Shown here: positions 1-14,350 of the stretch, one piece after another
How the letters are laid out: the number at the start of each line of letters is the position of its first letter
How positions within the stretch are numbered: position 1 is the stretch's first letter
From: Camelus ferus
Lineage: Eukaryota
Assembly (NCBI RefSeq): GCF_009834535.1
Contig: NC_045696.1
Span: forward strand, 59,584,001 to 59,648,000
Length of the DNA: 64,000 nucleotides
Reading direction: 5' to 3'
Position numbers and translations under genes: made by a program
Notes under the pieces: model-generated
Database searches by the model: none
Told to the model about the DNA's origin: nothing
Seen by the model: only the letters and a program-made list of their open reading frames with translations

Positions 1-99
1 TACCAATTTCAAAATGAAGGAGCACTTCAAACCTTCCCTCTGTCTTCTAGTGGGAACTGGAGATGGCTCGTATCAAAAATATCTTAAATATCATAATAC

Positions 100-500
100 T
101 TAGCACTTTATGTAGCACTTATTAAATACCAGGCACTGTTTCTAAGTGATATACATATATCTGTGTGAGCATGTATGTGTGTGTACAGATAACCATATGC
201 ATATGTGTATATATATATATATATGTTTTTATAATTTACATAAATACTGAGTATATATACATATACACAAATACACACTTATATCTCACTTATTTGTGTG
301 TGTATACACACAGACATAACACACACATATATATCAACTTATTAGTGATCTTTACAACTCTGGGGGGGTAAAAACTATTATTATTCCCACTTTACTGATA
401 AGGAAAACTGAGGTGCAAAGACTGTAGGTTACTGACTCAAGGTTATATAGGTAACGTGGTAAAACTGCAGTTTGAAACTCTTAACCACTATGCTATATTG
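100..500 (-). mobile_element. MIR SINE interrupted by a TA/CA low-complexity tract (~150-335)
   Basis: Reverse-strand MIR motifs ccaggcactgtttctaag, attattcccactttactgataaggaaaactgagg and ctcttaaccactatgct. Confidence 0.8.
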
Positions 501-2336
501 CTTCTCCATACGGTAATTTTTCAGGGAATTCATTATCTCATACCCAAGGGTTAAATACATTTGGAAAATGTCTTTGCTCTTTAGGCAAAATGACAGCCGG
601 AAAGAATGAAGTAGCTTTAAGTTATAGTGACCAATATCCTGAACTTCCTAATTTCATACTGATTTGAAATAAATACATTCATACCTTTAAGAATATGAAT
701 CCCAGCTTATATGGTCTAGAAAACTTGTGTTTTACAACAAAAGGTTTATTTGTAAAGAAAGGAAACTGAACTAATTACAACCAGAAGCAAGCTGCTACAT
801 GACAGGGACACTGAATAATAACAATTTGTATTCCTCATAGCTATAATGACAATACTACAGTCTTATTAATAATCATGTATATTTATGTAAAGCATTGATA
901 ACGTAAATAATTTATTTCTCATAATTTTTGGAGTGAGCAGGGCAAATATTATTCTTCCCATTTTGTAGATTAGGAGACACAGGCTTAGAGAGGTTCTCAT
1001 CTATCCAAAAAGAACATTTGTTAAAGCCCTTTATTTACTATCTCCAGGGCTTTTTAATCTTGTTAACCCAACCTCTTCTGCCGCATTTATGGCCTTTCCT
1101 GTCTAAAGAACAAAGAATGACTTGTCCAAAATCTGAAGACTATTTTTTGTCTCTCTTTATTGTCTCTTTTCTTACCTCTTTTTACAAAGGCTATACCATG
1201 ATTTACTGTACTGAGAATCAGCAAGATGAAATAATATTCTTAAGGTGGATATTTATCCATGTTTGTAACATGGAGGACTTACAGAACGCTAGATCCATAA
1301 GGTCACTAACCATTTTATGCTGTGCTTTCCCCAGCCTATGTTACATACGAAGTCTTGGTGAGCAAAGGGTATAGTGATTTACTCAGAGGCGCCACAGGTT
1401 ATAGGAAGAGCACAATCCACATCTCCTGGCTTCTTCTACCAGATTTTTCCCCCTGGTGGAGCCATGAGCTTATCTTTCCTGCTGTCCAGATGAAGATTCC
1501 TTGTTTCTAAGATAATGTCAGACTCATCTTTGCCTCCATCATTCATGAAAATGCCCACTGAGAGCAGTTAGAAGAGGAGCACTGTGGTAGGCCACTGGAG
1601 ACCTATGTTCAATATGAGGAAGAGGTATCAATAAATGGATTTTTAGGAATTCAGCTCAATTCCTCATCATTTCCAGTGCTTGTTCCATTCAAAACACTAT
1701 AATTAGCTCCTTTCAAGTTGTCTGACCAGTAATATCATCCTGACTACATTTCATCATCTTGAATATCGTGAGGGAAATGTTTCATATTTATATTGAAATT
1801 AAGCTATGTCTCTAGCATTCAACTTTCTAACCAACTGAGCAATCCTGAAAAGAATAAAATAATTTAGCCTAGCACATATTTACTTAATCTTCATTTGGTT
1901 CTTTTTGAGCATCACATTCTTTTTTGCATATTTGTAAAATCATGATAGGTTTCTAGGAACCAGCATGAGTGGTGCTTTCCAGTGGGAAATGCCTTGGACA
2001 GTATCTTGGATTAGATGCAAGATAAGTCATAATATCCTGGTCTTGGGTCAGCTGCCTGAAGGAAGTGTGCAGAGCCCTACTTTATGAAAGATGAAATAAG
2101 ATTTGTCCATCACCAGTTTCCTATTCTTCCCAGTCCCTCAAAGATGAGGCAGCTCCCAGCTCTAAGACCACAGTTTCCCTAAGCCACAGGGAAGTAAAGG
2201 TGAGGGTGGTTCTGTCCTTAGGGAATGCCAGCACTAAGGGAGTAGACTTAGCAGAGATGGATAATGAATCAAAATACAGAAATGCAAACTGACCCATCAG
2301 TGTGCTGATGAGCAAGACAGTCTGCTATCTCATTGA

Positions 2337-2702
<366 letters not shown>

Positions 2703-5700
2703 TAAGTCATCATGTCCTGGTCTTGGCTCAGCCACAGCCAGCTTTGTGGTCTTGTGTGAGCTTCAGTTTCTCCATCTGTCAGATATACAAATGCTTGCAC
2801 CCAACTTGCATTTAGAATGAAATAGTAAATGGAAAAGCGCTAATGTTTCAAAGCATTATGTATGATTGAAGATGCTATTCAGCATCCAACAAGCAATACG
2901 AATACAACAAAAATTTAACAACATTCAATAGAAAATAAGCAGCATCTTCATTAAGAATTATGGCATATTTGGTCATGTGGAGAAATAGCCATTATGGAAT
3001 GTCATGTTATTTGGCATCTGTTCTCAGGCTACTCTGAATTCCAGTGCTCCAGTCAGAAAAATGTAACCCCAAATGGTGCCTGTGGCCCCATGAAAATGTA
3101 GAGAGTGTGTGATGTTTTCTCCCTCTACTTTCCACCACCGACATACAACCTTTCCACCATTTCCTGCTGCCCAGAAAATAAAACTCTTTCTATATCATTC
3201 TAAACAAATACAGCTTAGAAGGACTCTTAGAAAACCCTGTCTGATGCCTTACATTCATTTAGAATCATCCACACCATTGCCTCCTTTCTCTTGGCATCAA
3301 TGTCTGGTTTCCTGTCCCTGTCAAGGGCATCGGCTCCTCAGATAAAGTGTCATGAGGCCTTGAGCAAGCCCTCAGCAAGCAGCCCTGTGCCCAGGTGCTG
3401 TGTAAATAGGATTTGATGGGGCTAATGATGTCTGCCTGTGGGAGCTTGTTCCTATCCCCAGATCACTGAGCACCAGAACCTCTGCCAGCTCCGGACAGAA
3501 ATAATCTCATCAACACGTCCCAGGACAGTCCTGAGGCTGGAGGGAATTACTTCAATTGGAGAGGGCTTTCCCCCCACCCATACTAGTTGTCCAATTAAAA
3601 AGCAATGAGAACTTACCTTGGGATGGCCCTGGCATGTTTTCCTGTTAGATTAATCATTTCTATTCTGAACATGCAGTTGAGATTTTCTGAGTCCTCTTAT
3701 TGCTTACTAACGAGACAGCCTCTTTCCCTTCTTCCCCCAATTCATCCTCATGAATATATAATACATGACAGTTGTGTCTGCCTATCTAGGAAACCCCACT
3801 GTTACTTGCTTCTGAAGAAAACTCCAAATGGTGGGCAGTCTAACCTTTCTGGGCCTCAGCTGCTTCGTCTGTGTCATTAAGGGGTTCACTCTAGGAGCCT
3901 GTCAGCTCGAGAATTTTGTGATGGCTTTGCCTTTCCCCTCCAGATAATTTACACAAACTTGTCTGGCCTCCCTGTGGGGCAGGGTCTGTGGAGATGCCAC
4001 ATGCTCTTACCCACTGCCGACCTTGCGCCACGCCTGAGGGCTGCAGGCTGCTCAGTGATAGTGAAGGCAATGAGATGGCTGATGCCTGTCCTGCAAGTTT
4101 AAGTTTCATGGATTTCACAGGGGACTATAGGCAAGTGACAAGAACCACTGCTGACTGTTCATTCTTCCCCAAGCCTGATGCTAGCCTCCCTGATATCAAG
4201 ACCAGTCAAAGAAAAAGAGTGGATGATGCCTGGTGGACGTTGGCCGGATGCCTCACACACACCGGCGCACACATCTTCCTAGGCCTCCACGTCTCTTCCG
4301 CTACTCATCACCGAAGTACCTAAAGTCATTTTACATCATCTCTGCGATTCCTAGCCAGTGTGCCACTGACATAGGTGCTGTACAAAATGGCCAGAAATCC
4401 TCCTCTTTCTTCTGGAAGCTGTGATAGAGAAAGACAGAGGGGAGCCGTCAGAAAGAACAGTCATATCCTCCCAGCAGCAATATTCTCAACAGATGCAGAA
4501 GGCATAGTGTTGAGTGCAGCTCTCGTGTTCTTCTCGTGGTTGGGTGATTCTGCGCCATGGTGGGCTTTTGTGCCCGAATAGGCCAGGGTGAGGAGGTTGG
4601 GGTTGGAAGCTCCCTGGATGACAGAAGGAGAGACTGTGGACAACTGACCTTATGCTCCCTTCAGAATCAGTATGAGCTCAGATCCCATTGCTTCTGGATA
4701 AAGACCAGCTTCAAGGCCCTGGTTTTCAGAAAGGCTGCTGAGGAAAGCATTCAAAACTAAAGATTTTCCCCTGACCTCTGACTTCTTAAGTTATATAAGA
4801 AACCAAGACATCACAAGATAATGAATATGCCTGTTTATTTCAAGTTTCAGGGCTCTAGCTTACTCACTGAAGGCCCTGTGGAATCTAAACTTCTTCAACT
4901 CCACAGTTGTCCCATGATAATGGTCTCTTTGGAGGTGTCATCACCACCTCACTTGTCTGAGCAGATCACAGTGTTTATCTCTTGGTTGTCTCTATGACAT
5001 GTCGCCTCCCCTTGCTAGTTTTGTTTAGATGCTCTCTGCTCAGAAAGCCCGCCCCTCCCGTCTACTTGGCTGGGTTCCTCTTTTTCTTCTAACTCCCAAA
5101 TTAGAGCTCATCCTCTTTGAAACCTCTGTTGGTTGTCCAGCCTCTTGTGCCCTAGCTTCTACTCTCCCCAGTGGGACCTGTGCCCTAGTCAGCACTTGAC
5201 ATTTCGGTGTCCTTTCAGGATTAACATTCATTGGTACAGCATGTTCCTGGTCACAAAACATGTTCACAGACACTGTCTTATTGAACAGCAAACCGTGATG
5301 GGAGCAGGCTGGGGATTATTAAGTGCACTTTACAAGAGGCACCTGGGCCTCAGGGAGGTGACTTCCCAAGGTCACCAGCCCATATATGTCAGAGCAGGGA
5401 CTTAATCCAGACTTACAGCCCCAGACCCCATGCTTTCCGAGCTACAGCTTAAAGGTAGTAACACAAGCCCAGAACTTTGGCATAGCATTATAAAGTGGAT
5501 GAATAATTTTGGTAGCCATGATCTCATTTTATTTAAACAATAATCCTGTGAGGTAAAACTAGGAAGAGCTCCCCCCTCATATGCCTTTAATTTGTCTACT
5601 CTTATGTATTGTATTTGTGTTTGTGTGCATGTGTGTATTGAAACTGTACACATTAGACTACATATATGTGTGGAACCATCCCATTCCTCTAACATTTGTG

Positions 5701-5890
5701 GAATCCTTTCGCATGTATTCATTTGATATCTGTCACAATTCTGTCTGAAGAACAGGATAGCAGCTAGTCTTGGAGCTACTGTGCTGTGAACTCAAAGAGG
5801 ATACGTGTATCTTTGGTTCACCTACTAAGCAGATGGTGCCAGGCTCACACTAGGAGTTTGATTAAGATCTGTCAATTATGAGTGACTTAA

Positions 5891-6307
<417 letters not shown>

Positions 6308-8131
6308 TAGGAATCAGCAAATTCACATTCCACCATATTGTATTCCTTCCAGTCCCTCTCACCCCCACCGCCAAGCAGAGCCCCTCTGCTCGCTTCCTGT
6401 GTGGGATTACTCCATTGAGAAGGGTTTTGTTGGTATGCATTGGACTCTTCCTTGGTACTTTGGTTCCTGAAAGACCATGGAGCTGGCTGTTGGGTGGTTG
6501 TGGTAGAGTCGTTGGATTCTATAGCCTTGTGAGGAGGTAGGTGTTAAACTTAGGTGGTCTCCGCTGGTGACTGTAGATCAGGGATTAGACAAACTCACAC
6601 AGCAGCCAGGAACTCAGGAGCCACAGGAAGGAAGACGTGTATCCTCAGTTTGCTTTCTGCTCATTAAGAAAGTGAGCCACTTTGAACGCCGTTTGCTGGT
6701 TCATCTCATTGACTCCTCAGTTCATTCTGGAAAGGTCAGAATCAGGTGTTCTGGTTATTTATGCTCCCTTTGTGATTGATACCTGTTAATATTGTCCACC
6801 CTGCATAATATCCACCTTTTATTATTTTCTGCTCTGACACAGGAACTAAAGCCAGACCAGTAGGGTTTCTGGGGTATGGAGAATATTCAATACCTATAGC
6901 GCATTGTCCTTTTCAGGGATAGCAAAGAGTTAAATTAAAAGCTCTGTCTTCTCTTTGCTCCTGACTAGTGTGGTATGAAGGAAAACCAATTCTCCATCTA
7001 CCATTTGTTAAAACTTTACTTTGCGTTCCAACCATCTCCTCTGAGTTGGGACTTCTAGGGGCCTGGGATTGATTTCCCAGAAGTATCTGTTTTAAACTTC
7101 TGTGGAACTAGTTTGAAAGGAAAATTATTATTTTTTCAAATATTGAAAGCTCCAATATCCCCGTCCCAGTCCCATCCCCAGCCCCATGCAGGACCAGAAA
7201 ATGGTCCTGGCAGCAGGTGCCCTCTCCTTCAGTCCTGAGACCAAAAATATTTATAATGAGAATCAGAAATATACAAGAAAAGCAGTGCTCAAGCAGTCCT
7301 TCCTACCCCTTACTCTCGTGTGAGCTTTCTCTTCCCCTCTACCCTGACTTCCCGGAAGCCACGGCAGTTTCTTGCTTAAAGATATCATGTTCTCAAAGGT
7401 GCTTTCTAGACAGTTTCTGAAACAAAGGAAAAGATATGCCTTTAAATCTTGATCTTGATTATCCCTCCAACTCATTCCATAACTTTAAGTGAATTTATTT
7501 ATACTGTTTATTTATAATTTACTTCGAATCTATACTCAAAAGCATTTCAGGTGGCAAACAGTATTAAAACATATATTGAAAGAACAATGGAAATGCCAGT
7601 GGAAAAGTAGAGATATTGGCATGTGGTGAGGAGTGACTGTGGGAAATTTCATAAAGGTGAGGTGACAAAGGTAATAAAGAAAGGAAAGAGGGGGTGGGAG
7701 TTATTATTCTTTGGTAATGGGGAGTGAGACGCAGAAATAAGCAGAGGTTAACGTTTGGTTGCAGCAGCAGTGGCCCCAGGCACTCCCACAGCCGTCCCTC
7801 GGCTCCATTTCACCCACCGAGAGTGACTACATCCCCGGGGGAAGTTACATTAGCAGGTGTGGGAATTCAGCTGTTGTATTCTTTATTGACTCTCCTGTCA
7901 TTCCAGATCCACATCAAAAAATGCTTAAGGAGGAGGAAGTAACCTGAGGGTTTGGATGCTTAAGATGTATTCAATTAGATGGATGGAGTTTTGAGGTCAG
8001 GGTTGCTGGTTTAGTTCTGGAATAGATCAGTCAGCTTTACTTTGCCACTCGGACTGGACACCTGACATCAGCTGGGGCATCACTGTTTGCTTGCAGTGTG
8101 ATTCTGGGAAAATCCATTTCCAGTCCAAAGC

Positions 8132-8171
8132 ATACACACACACACACAAGTCCTTTTTTTTTTTTTTTTTT
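8132..8171. repeat. (CA)n followed by a poly-T tract
   Basis: Directly visible. Confidence 0.9.
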
Positions 8172-9149
8172 ACAAAGGAAGTTGACTGTAAATCAAATAA
8201 TTTAAAATTAGATCCTATTTAAACGTTGTGATGCGCTTGATATGTAAATTGTAGGATTTGCATTCTTCGGAGATTGTACTGTATAAAAATTCCCCTTCCC
8301 ACCCTGAATACTAGACAAGTTGGACAGCTTGGTGTGCAGCAGAACAGAAGTAGGGAAGTACAATGAGGGTCTAACAAAATGAGGGAGATAAAAATAGTAA
8401 GTAGATCAAATGAGAGAGATAAAAACTTGGCTCTGCCCCCTCTGGTTTAGGCAGTGACACCCAGGTTTTAGAAGGAGTCTTGTTCCCCATTTCAAGTGTG
8501 GCCCAAAACTTGAGGAAATGCTGTAATTCATCTTAGATAGAAATGGAAATCCTGCCAGACCTATGGAAAGTTTCTCTTTCAAGTCAGACTGTCAGAAGTT
8601 ATTTTTGAGGGTGAGGAGATTATTTCAAATACCAGCAAGTGTTTCACTGTGGAGATGAAGGGCAAACTTCTAGAGAAGATTCAGAGTGTGAAACTGAGGG
8701 TGGTTTCTGTAATGAGAGATGTGTCAGAGCTGACATAAGCCAGGGCAGAGGCTGTTACTGATCTACAGCAATGGTTTCCTTCCCCAAAGGAAGGCATTTG
8801 ATGGACATACTCAGAATTCCTAGGGATTACTGAAACCCAGAGCAGGCCTGCTCCCCTGACGTCTGGGGAATCTGAGTGTGACTCCTTAACCATATCACTG
8901 ATGGCTGGCATGGATGAATTAATTTTAAAATTAGGGTAACACATGAATTGCTGCACCAGTCTCCTTTTACTCAAGAATATGGCTCCCACAGTATACCTGG
9001 GGTAGGGTCAGGGGTACTTCCACTGAGGGTGAAACTTATCCCAAATGTATGAGGCAGATGTTCAGAAACCAGGACTACAGCTGCATTCCTGACATGCCTG
9101 AGGCTCCCTGGAGACTAGGCAAAGTGACCCATAGCAGAACATGATGTTC

Positions 9150-10107
9150 TCTAAAGTTTTTTTCCTGTAAGTTCAGCCTCCTTCTATGAAAAATATGTTA
9201 CAGGAAACAGTTACGATAGAAGGGACACTTCACCAAATGCAAACAATGTTTATTTTGTGGTGTTAAGCATATAAGTAACTTTTTCTTGTTTTTGATGCCT
9301 CTGTGCATTTCACCTTTCCTACCATTAATCAGAATGATCAGAAAGAAATAAAAAATATTTTTAGAAGCAAGAACAAGATAGTGGTCTCTAAACTCTTGGT
9401 TGTATACTCTCAATAAAATATTTTTGAACTTGCAACCCCCTCTACCTGCGTCTATATTAGTTTATAAATTATACATATGTTCTGCTATCACTAATAATCT
9501 CAAAACTCACTGAGCCCTTAGGGTAAAGTTTCGCTTTTTCATTAGACGTTGTGGTTCCATATTTCAAATAGTCTCCTTGATAATTTTCAGTTATTTTTTG
9601 CTTCTGGTTTCCTGACAGATCTGACTGGATTGTCACTGTTTCTTTACCCCATAATGTGGTTGCCAAAGAGTTCAAAGTTCCCTTGTGCTTTCATGATTAG
9701 AATTATCTTCAAACTGCAGTTTCTTTGAGGAACCTTGTTAAGCCACATGTCCTTTTGTGAAGGTTAATTTAGTTAAAACTAGATAATAGGTAAGTTCATT
9801 TAGCTAGGCACATGAACAGAGCAATAATTTGAAGTATGCTGAAAGCAACTGGATGAATGAACCCCTCTGCATTGTGGTCTTTCCAGCGTCCCTGAGGAGC
9901 CCTCCCCTGCCACACCATTTGACATGTGGTCCGAGTGAGACTCCAGCATCAGTATACTAGTGAAAGTCCAGGGAAATATCATACCTTTTCTATTGTTTTG
10001 ATCAGATATGTGTACAGGTCAGTATGTATATGTACACATACATATGCATATTTAAATACAGATAATTTTCCTCTCTGTTTTCAACAGTTAATCTTGGGCA
10101 TCCCCTG
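9150..10107 (-). mobile_element. Degenerate hAT/Charlie-like DNA transposon relic
   Basis: The minus-strand peptide KQKITENYQGDYLKYGTT...PKGSVSFEIIS resembles the Charlie/Buster BED-finger N-terminus with the cysteines lost. TIR-like CAGGGGATGCCCAA on the minus strand at 10094-10107. Boundaries uncertain. Confidence 0.45.
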
Positions 10108-10509
10108 AGGTGAGCATACAAAGGTTGGAGAGTACTAGAAATGACACCAAGAAAGCCACTCTGTGCAAGGGGCATTATGAAAAATGGGCTGCAGTTATGG
10201 TCTTTCTTTTAAATCTCTGACTCCATAATTACAATGAAAGTTTGCTTAATGCACCTGAAAATTAATCTGCATAATTAACCCAAGTAAGGAATGGAAGAGC
10301 CAACTATAAACCCATGGGGTTCATTTTAGGACCAGCTGGGGCCAGGCTGAGGCTTGGGGAAAATGGCCCTCAAGGAGGAAAATTCTGCCTGGATGAGAGA
10401 AGGCTGATTGTAGTTTACTGTGGTCTCAATTCTACAATTGGTTGTATGCAGAGACCCTTAGCATTTTATACATGAAAGAGATCCTTCAGGCAGCCTTTCA
10501 CCTGATAGA

Positions 10510-10715
10510 AGTTCATCTCGTAAACATTTAACGAGCACCTACTATGTACCAAAAACTGTGTTGGGCATTGAGGATAAAACAATCCCTGCCATTAGGGGTC
10601 TAGTTGGGGAGAACCACAGCAACAAAATCATCCCATAATGTGATAATTCTATGGTAGAGAGAGACTCACAGTTTGATGAGAACACTGAGGCAGGAATGCT
10701 TAGCTTTGTCAGGCT
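10510..10715 (-). mobile_element. L2 LINE 3' end
   Basis: aaacatttaacgagcacctactatgtacc...ctgtgttgggcattgaggata matches the reverse L2 tail. Confidence 0.75.
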
Positions 10716-10869
10716 GCCCACAGAAGGTTTCCCGATGAGACAACCCAGGGAAGAGGGGTCAAAGTTGGTGGCCAGGATTTGGCATTTCTGAAGGATGCCA
10801 TATAGCCTCTCCCAGATTATCTCCAGAGCCCAGAAGCAGGGATAGGGTAGGGGTGGGATGTGGGGAGAG

Positions 10870-11950
10870 ATGAGAAGTCAGGATCTCATTGTATTGAACC
10901 AAAATCTCCATCCTTCTACCCTTTGGTCCTAGTTCTGCTCTCTGGAAAAATGGAACAAATCTGCTCTTTCTTATTTGGCAGCTTTAAAAATATTTGAAAA
11001 TGGTCATCATAGCCCTCTTTCCTTTATCTGAAAAATGTTGTGATGTGTAAGTTATTTCTACAGTCCCCTCTGACTCTAAAACTCCGGTAACTATTTCTCT
11101 TCATTGTCAGCCTTCTCTGTAGTACAAGTCTCCAATATATTCACCGCTTTCTGGGTGTGTTTTGACCTCTCCTGGTTGCCCCCTGCTGGCAGAACTCTAG
11201 TTAGCCACGCCCGGCTTCCACACACGCCCCTGGGAGCTGTGCATCCAGGATGCTGGTACTCTCCCAGCACAGCCCAAGGAGACAGGACCCTTTATGGTGA
11301 CTCCATCACTTGCCCTGCTGAGGCTTGTGCTTCCTTAAAAGCCCCTGGGTTTCTTTGGTTTTTTTTTTCTTTCAAGGTAAGTGCTTCCAATACATTGACC
11401 TTTTTTTTTTTTTAACTTAAATGCAAAATTTTTATATATTTTTCCTCTCAAATTTTACTTTGTTTTTGGACCCAGTTCTTCAGCCCATCAAAATGCATTT
11501 ATTATTGCTATAAATATTTCAACAATTTGAAATATCGGCCAGGTCAGGCAGCGCCCTGTGGTGCTTCACTGAAAGTTCTCATTCAGGTGACACAAAGCCA
11601 TCAGCCTGCACAGGCATTCCTGCCAAGGGCCACATCATCTTGTGCAATTTCATAACCTTTTCCTCCGCAGATACAGTGTGAGGCTCTGCAGAGCCTTGCT
11701 GTTCTCCATGTTTGTAACATGCCTCCAATCCACCAACATAGTAACTCTACCAAGAAAGAAAATGAGACCTGTTTGAGATCAATCTTCATGAGTTTGTCCT
11801 GGGGTCCCTGTAGCTTTTTCTAAATGTACCCCCAGATCTTTTGTGAAGGAAATGCAGGATAAATACAAGTAAACCAAAATTCTCACAAAATATTTATTTG
11901 ATAGTTTCTTCTAGACTTTTGTCTGATTGATTTCAGGATCATTGGGGGTT
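10870..11950 (-). mobile_element. CR1/L3 LINE ORF2 fragments
   Basis: ctttggtcctagttctgctctctgg and tagtaactctaccaagaaagaaaatgagacctgtttg, the latter being the reverse of the RT-region motif QT.LISF..RVT. Confidence 0.65.
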
Positions 11951-13228
11951 TCCTCTACCATATTCCTTTAAAAAATAAAAATAAAAGGGATTATTCACAC
12001 AGCTTTAGTATTCCAACAAGTCACTTGTTTTTGGTAGGTCATCAAAGATCCCTGATGGAACTTTTCAGATCATCCTGTAATAGGGTGGGTAAGGAGCTGT
12101 GAGCCTGAAGTCAGGTTATGTTATCAAAGTTCAAATGCTATCTGCTTCTTGTTTCTGGTAAAGATGCAGGGAACTCGGTAGAAGGAAATGATGTAAGGTC
12201 CAGCACTGGGTGTTTAGCCTTCACAGGAGAAAACCCATTCTGAGCCTAAAGCATTGATAAGTTCTGGAATGGGTAAACAGTATATGTCATAGGAGCTCTT
12301 CAACAGAGGGGAGATCTTTTGAAAAGAATAGATTCCTAAATGTCTCAAACTGATTAAGAGGCAAAAATACAGACAAGATAAACAGCCAAGATCCCCTCAA
12401 GATCAGTCATAATTATATCAAAGATCTCAGTTTTCATCATGATGATAATGAAAAAAAATAACATGAACTTGGTCATAAAAGTTGTGTTCAATTATCCAAA
12501 TTATCTAATTGGAATAGAAATTCAGTAACTGAACAATTAGAACTCATCAGTTACAGTGTCGCAATATGTTCTTACATTTTTTTTTTGCCAGAAATCAAAA
12601 AACTAAGTGGATTTCTTTAGTGTTAAGTCCTTCTTTTCTAGAAAACTCTTGCAATATCCTCAAAGGTCTTCATATAGCTACGTAAATAAACAGTTTAACT
12701 CTTTAGAAGGTTATATACATTTCCAAAACAGATGAAATTCTATTATATACTTTTAAAATAATCTGTATTAGAATTCACTAAATCTCATCATTTAATAAGT
12801 TATGATTAACAGAAAAGAACACTTGACTAGACAAGAAAAACAAATGACTATGGTAATTTCTTTTAGTTTCACAGTGGTGACTTACACCAATATACATACT
12901 CACTATAGATAAAATGGCTCTTCCCATGCAATGGGACTGTCTCTTTAGCTGCCGTATGTCTTTCCCTATCAGCCAGCACTTGTAGATCAGTGAGAAAATT
13001 TAGCTTTCACTTTTCTCATCTTAATACAAATAATGACATTATGAAAGGGAAAGGTGTTCATTTGCAACTGACAGCTCATGTATTTCAGAGCATCTTACCA
13101 CAATGAAATGCCTTGGATCCTTCCTCCTCACTGTTAATTGGAATGGAATTGGACCTTAATATACATAACATATGTAGTGTTTATACACACGCACATGTAC
13201 ACACAGTCACACACACCCTTTGCTGAGA

Positions 13229-13488
13229 AGCAGTATAGTACAGTTATTGAGTGTGCAGTATTTTGAGTTAGACTGTCTGGGTTTGAAACCTGTTTCACTG
13301 GCTATACTAATTGTGTGATTGTAAGCAAATTACTCCCTTAGTTTCCTCATCAGAGAAATAGGTATGAAAATAATAATTCCTAGTGCATAGGATTATTAAG
13401 GATTTAGCGAGTTAACACATAGAGCATTTTTAGCAAAGCTCCTAACAATAAACACTTTAATACATTGTAGTCAGCATTATTATTATTA
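13229..13488 (+). mobile_element. MIR SINE, near full length
   Basis: gcagtatagtacagt...agactgtctgggtttgaaacc...agtttcctcatc...cataggattattaaggatt. Confidence 0.8.
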
Positions 13489-14179
13489 ATGAAATACCTA
13501 AATATCTAAATAATATGTATGAATATACTATATATACATACACGTGTATATATAGATATGTATATATATTTGCTTCCAGATTTTAAGCAAACTTCCCATC
13601 TTACTCTCCCCCATTGTTTCTCTCTGAATTTGTTACCTAATCATCATTAGACGATCCCTGAGTGTTCATGTAACCGCTGTGAGAGCCATGGCATTTGCTC
13701 TTGTCATTCAGAAAACATGCCCACACAGAGGGCACTTACACTTCTCTTTGCTACAGCTTTTGTCCCAGTGTTTACACCCCAATGCCAGATTGCACATATG
13801 TCTCTTGTTCATGCCAAAGGCCCCTGGGGGACCAGAGAATTCTAGATAGGTTAACGTGGCCCTTTATACTGAGGATAAATACTCAATTTTTTAAAATTAC
13901 TGAAGTCTTAAACAAAAATATCCTATTGGAGGAGAGCTGTGTTTTTTCGAAAGGCATTATATAAGGCTACAAACACAATTTATTGATCTGTTCAGGGAAC
14001 ATATGGTTAATTTAAAAGGGTCACATGAGATGAAGAAAATGGAGTTATCATATGTTTATGGGGGTTTTTTAGAGAAGAAAACAGGGGAAAGGTTAATCGG
14101 GCACTTCCTCAAGTGAGAAAAAAAGAAAGAAAGCTGTCCCCTGAAGTTTGTTCTTGGACCAGCTCTATGCATATGACAC

Positions 14180-14350
14180 TGTGGTTGAGAGCACTGGACT
14201 TTGTAGTTGAATGCTCAGCTCTGCCACCACCAGCTCTGAGACCATGGGGCAAATGATCTGACCTCTCTGTGCCTTCATTTCCTCCTAGAGTTGCTATGAG
14301 GGTTAAATAAAAGGAAATCAAATGCTCAACACTGTTCCACGATAAATGCA
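14180..14350 (+). mobile_element. MIR SINE
   Basis: gtggttgagagcactggac...ctctctgtgccttcatttcctc...gttgctatgagggttaaat. Confidence 0.75.

Noticed and set aside
165..371. Tyr/Ile-rich 68-aa ORF
   Set aside because: It is a translation of the TA/CA microsatellite.
13850..14160. Possible ERV LTR fragment
   Set aside because: The composition is suggestive, but I could not identify termini or a family with confidence.
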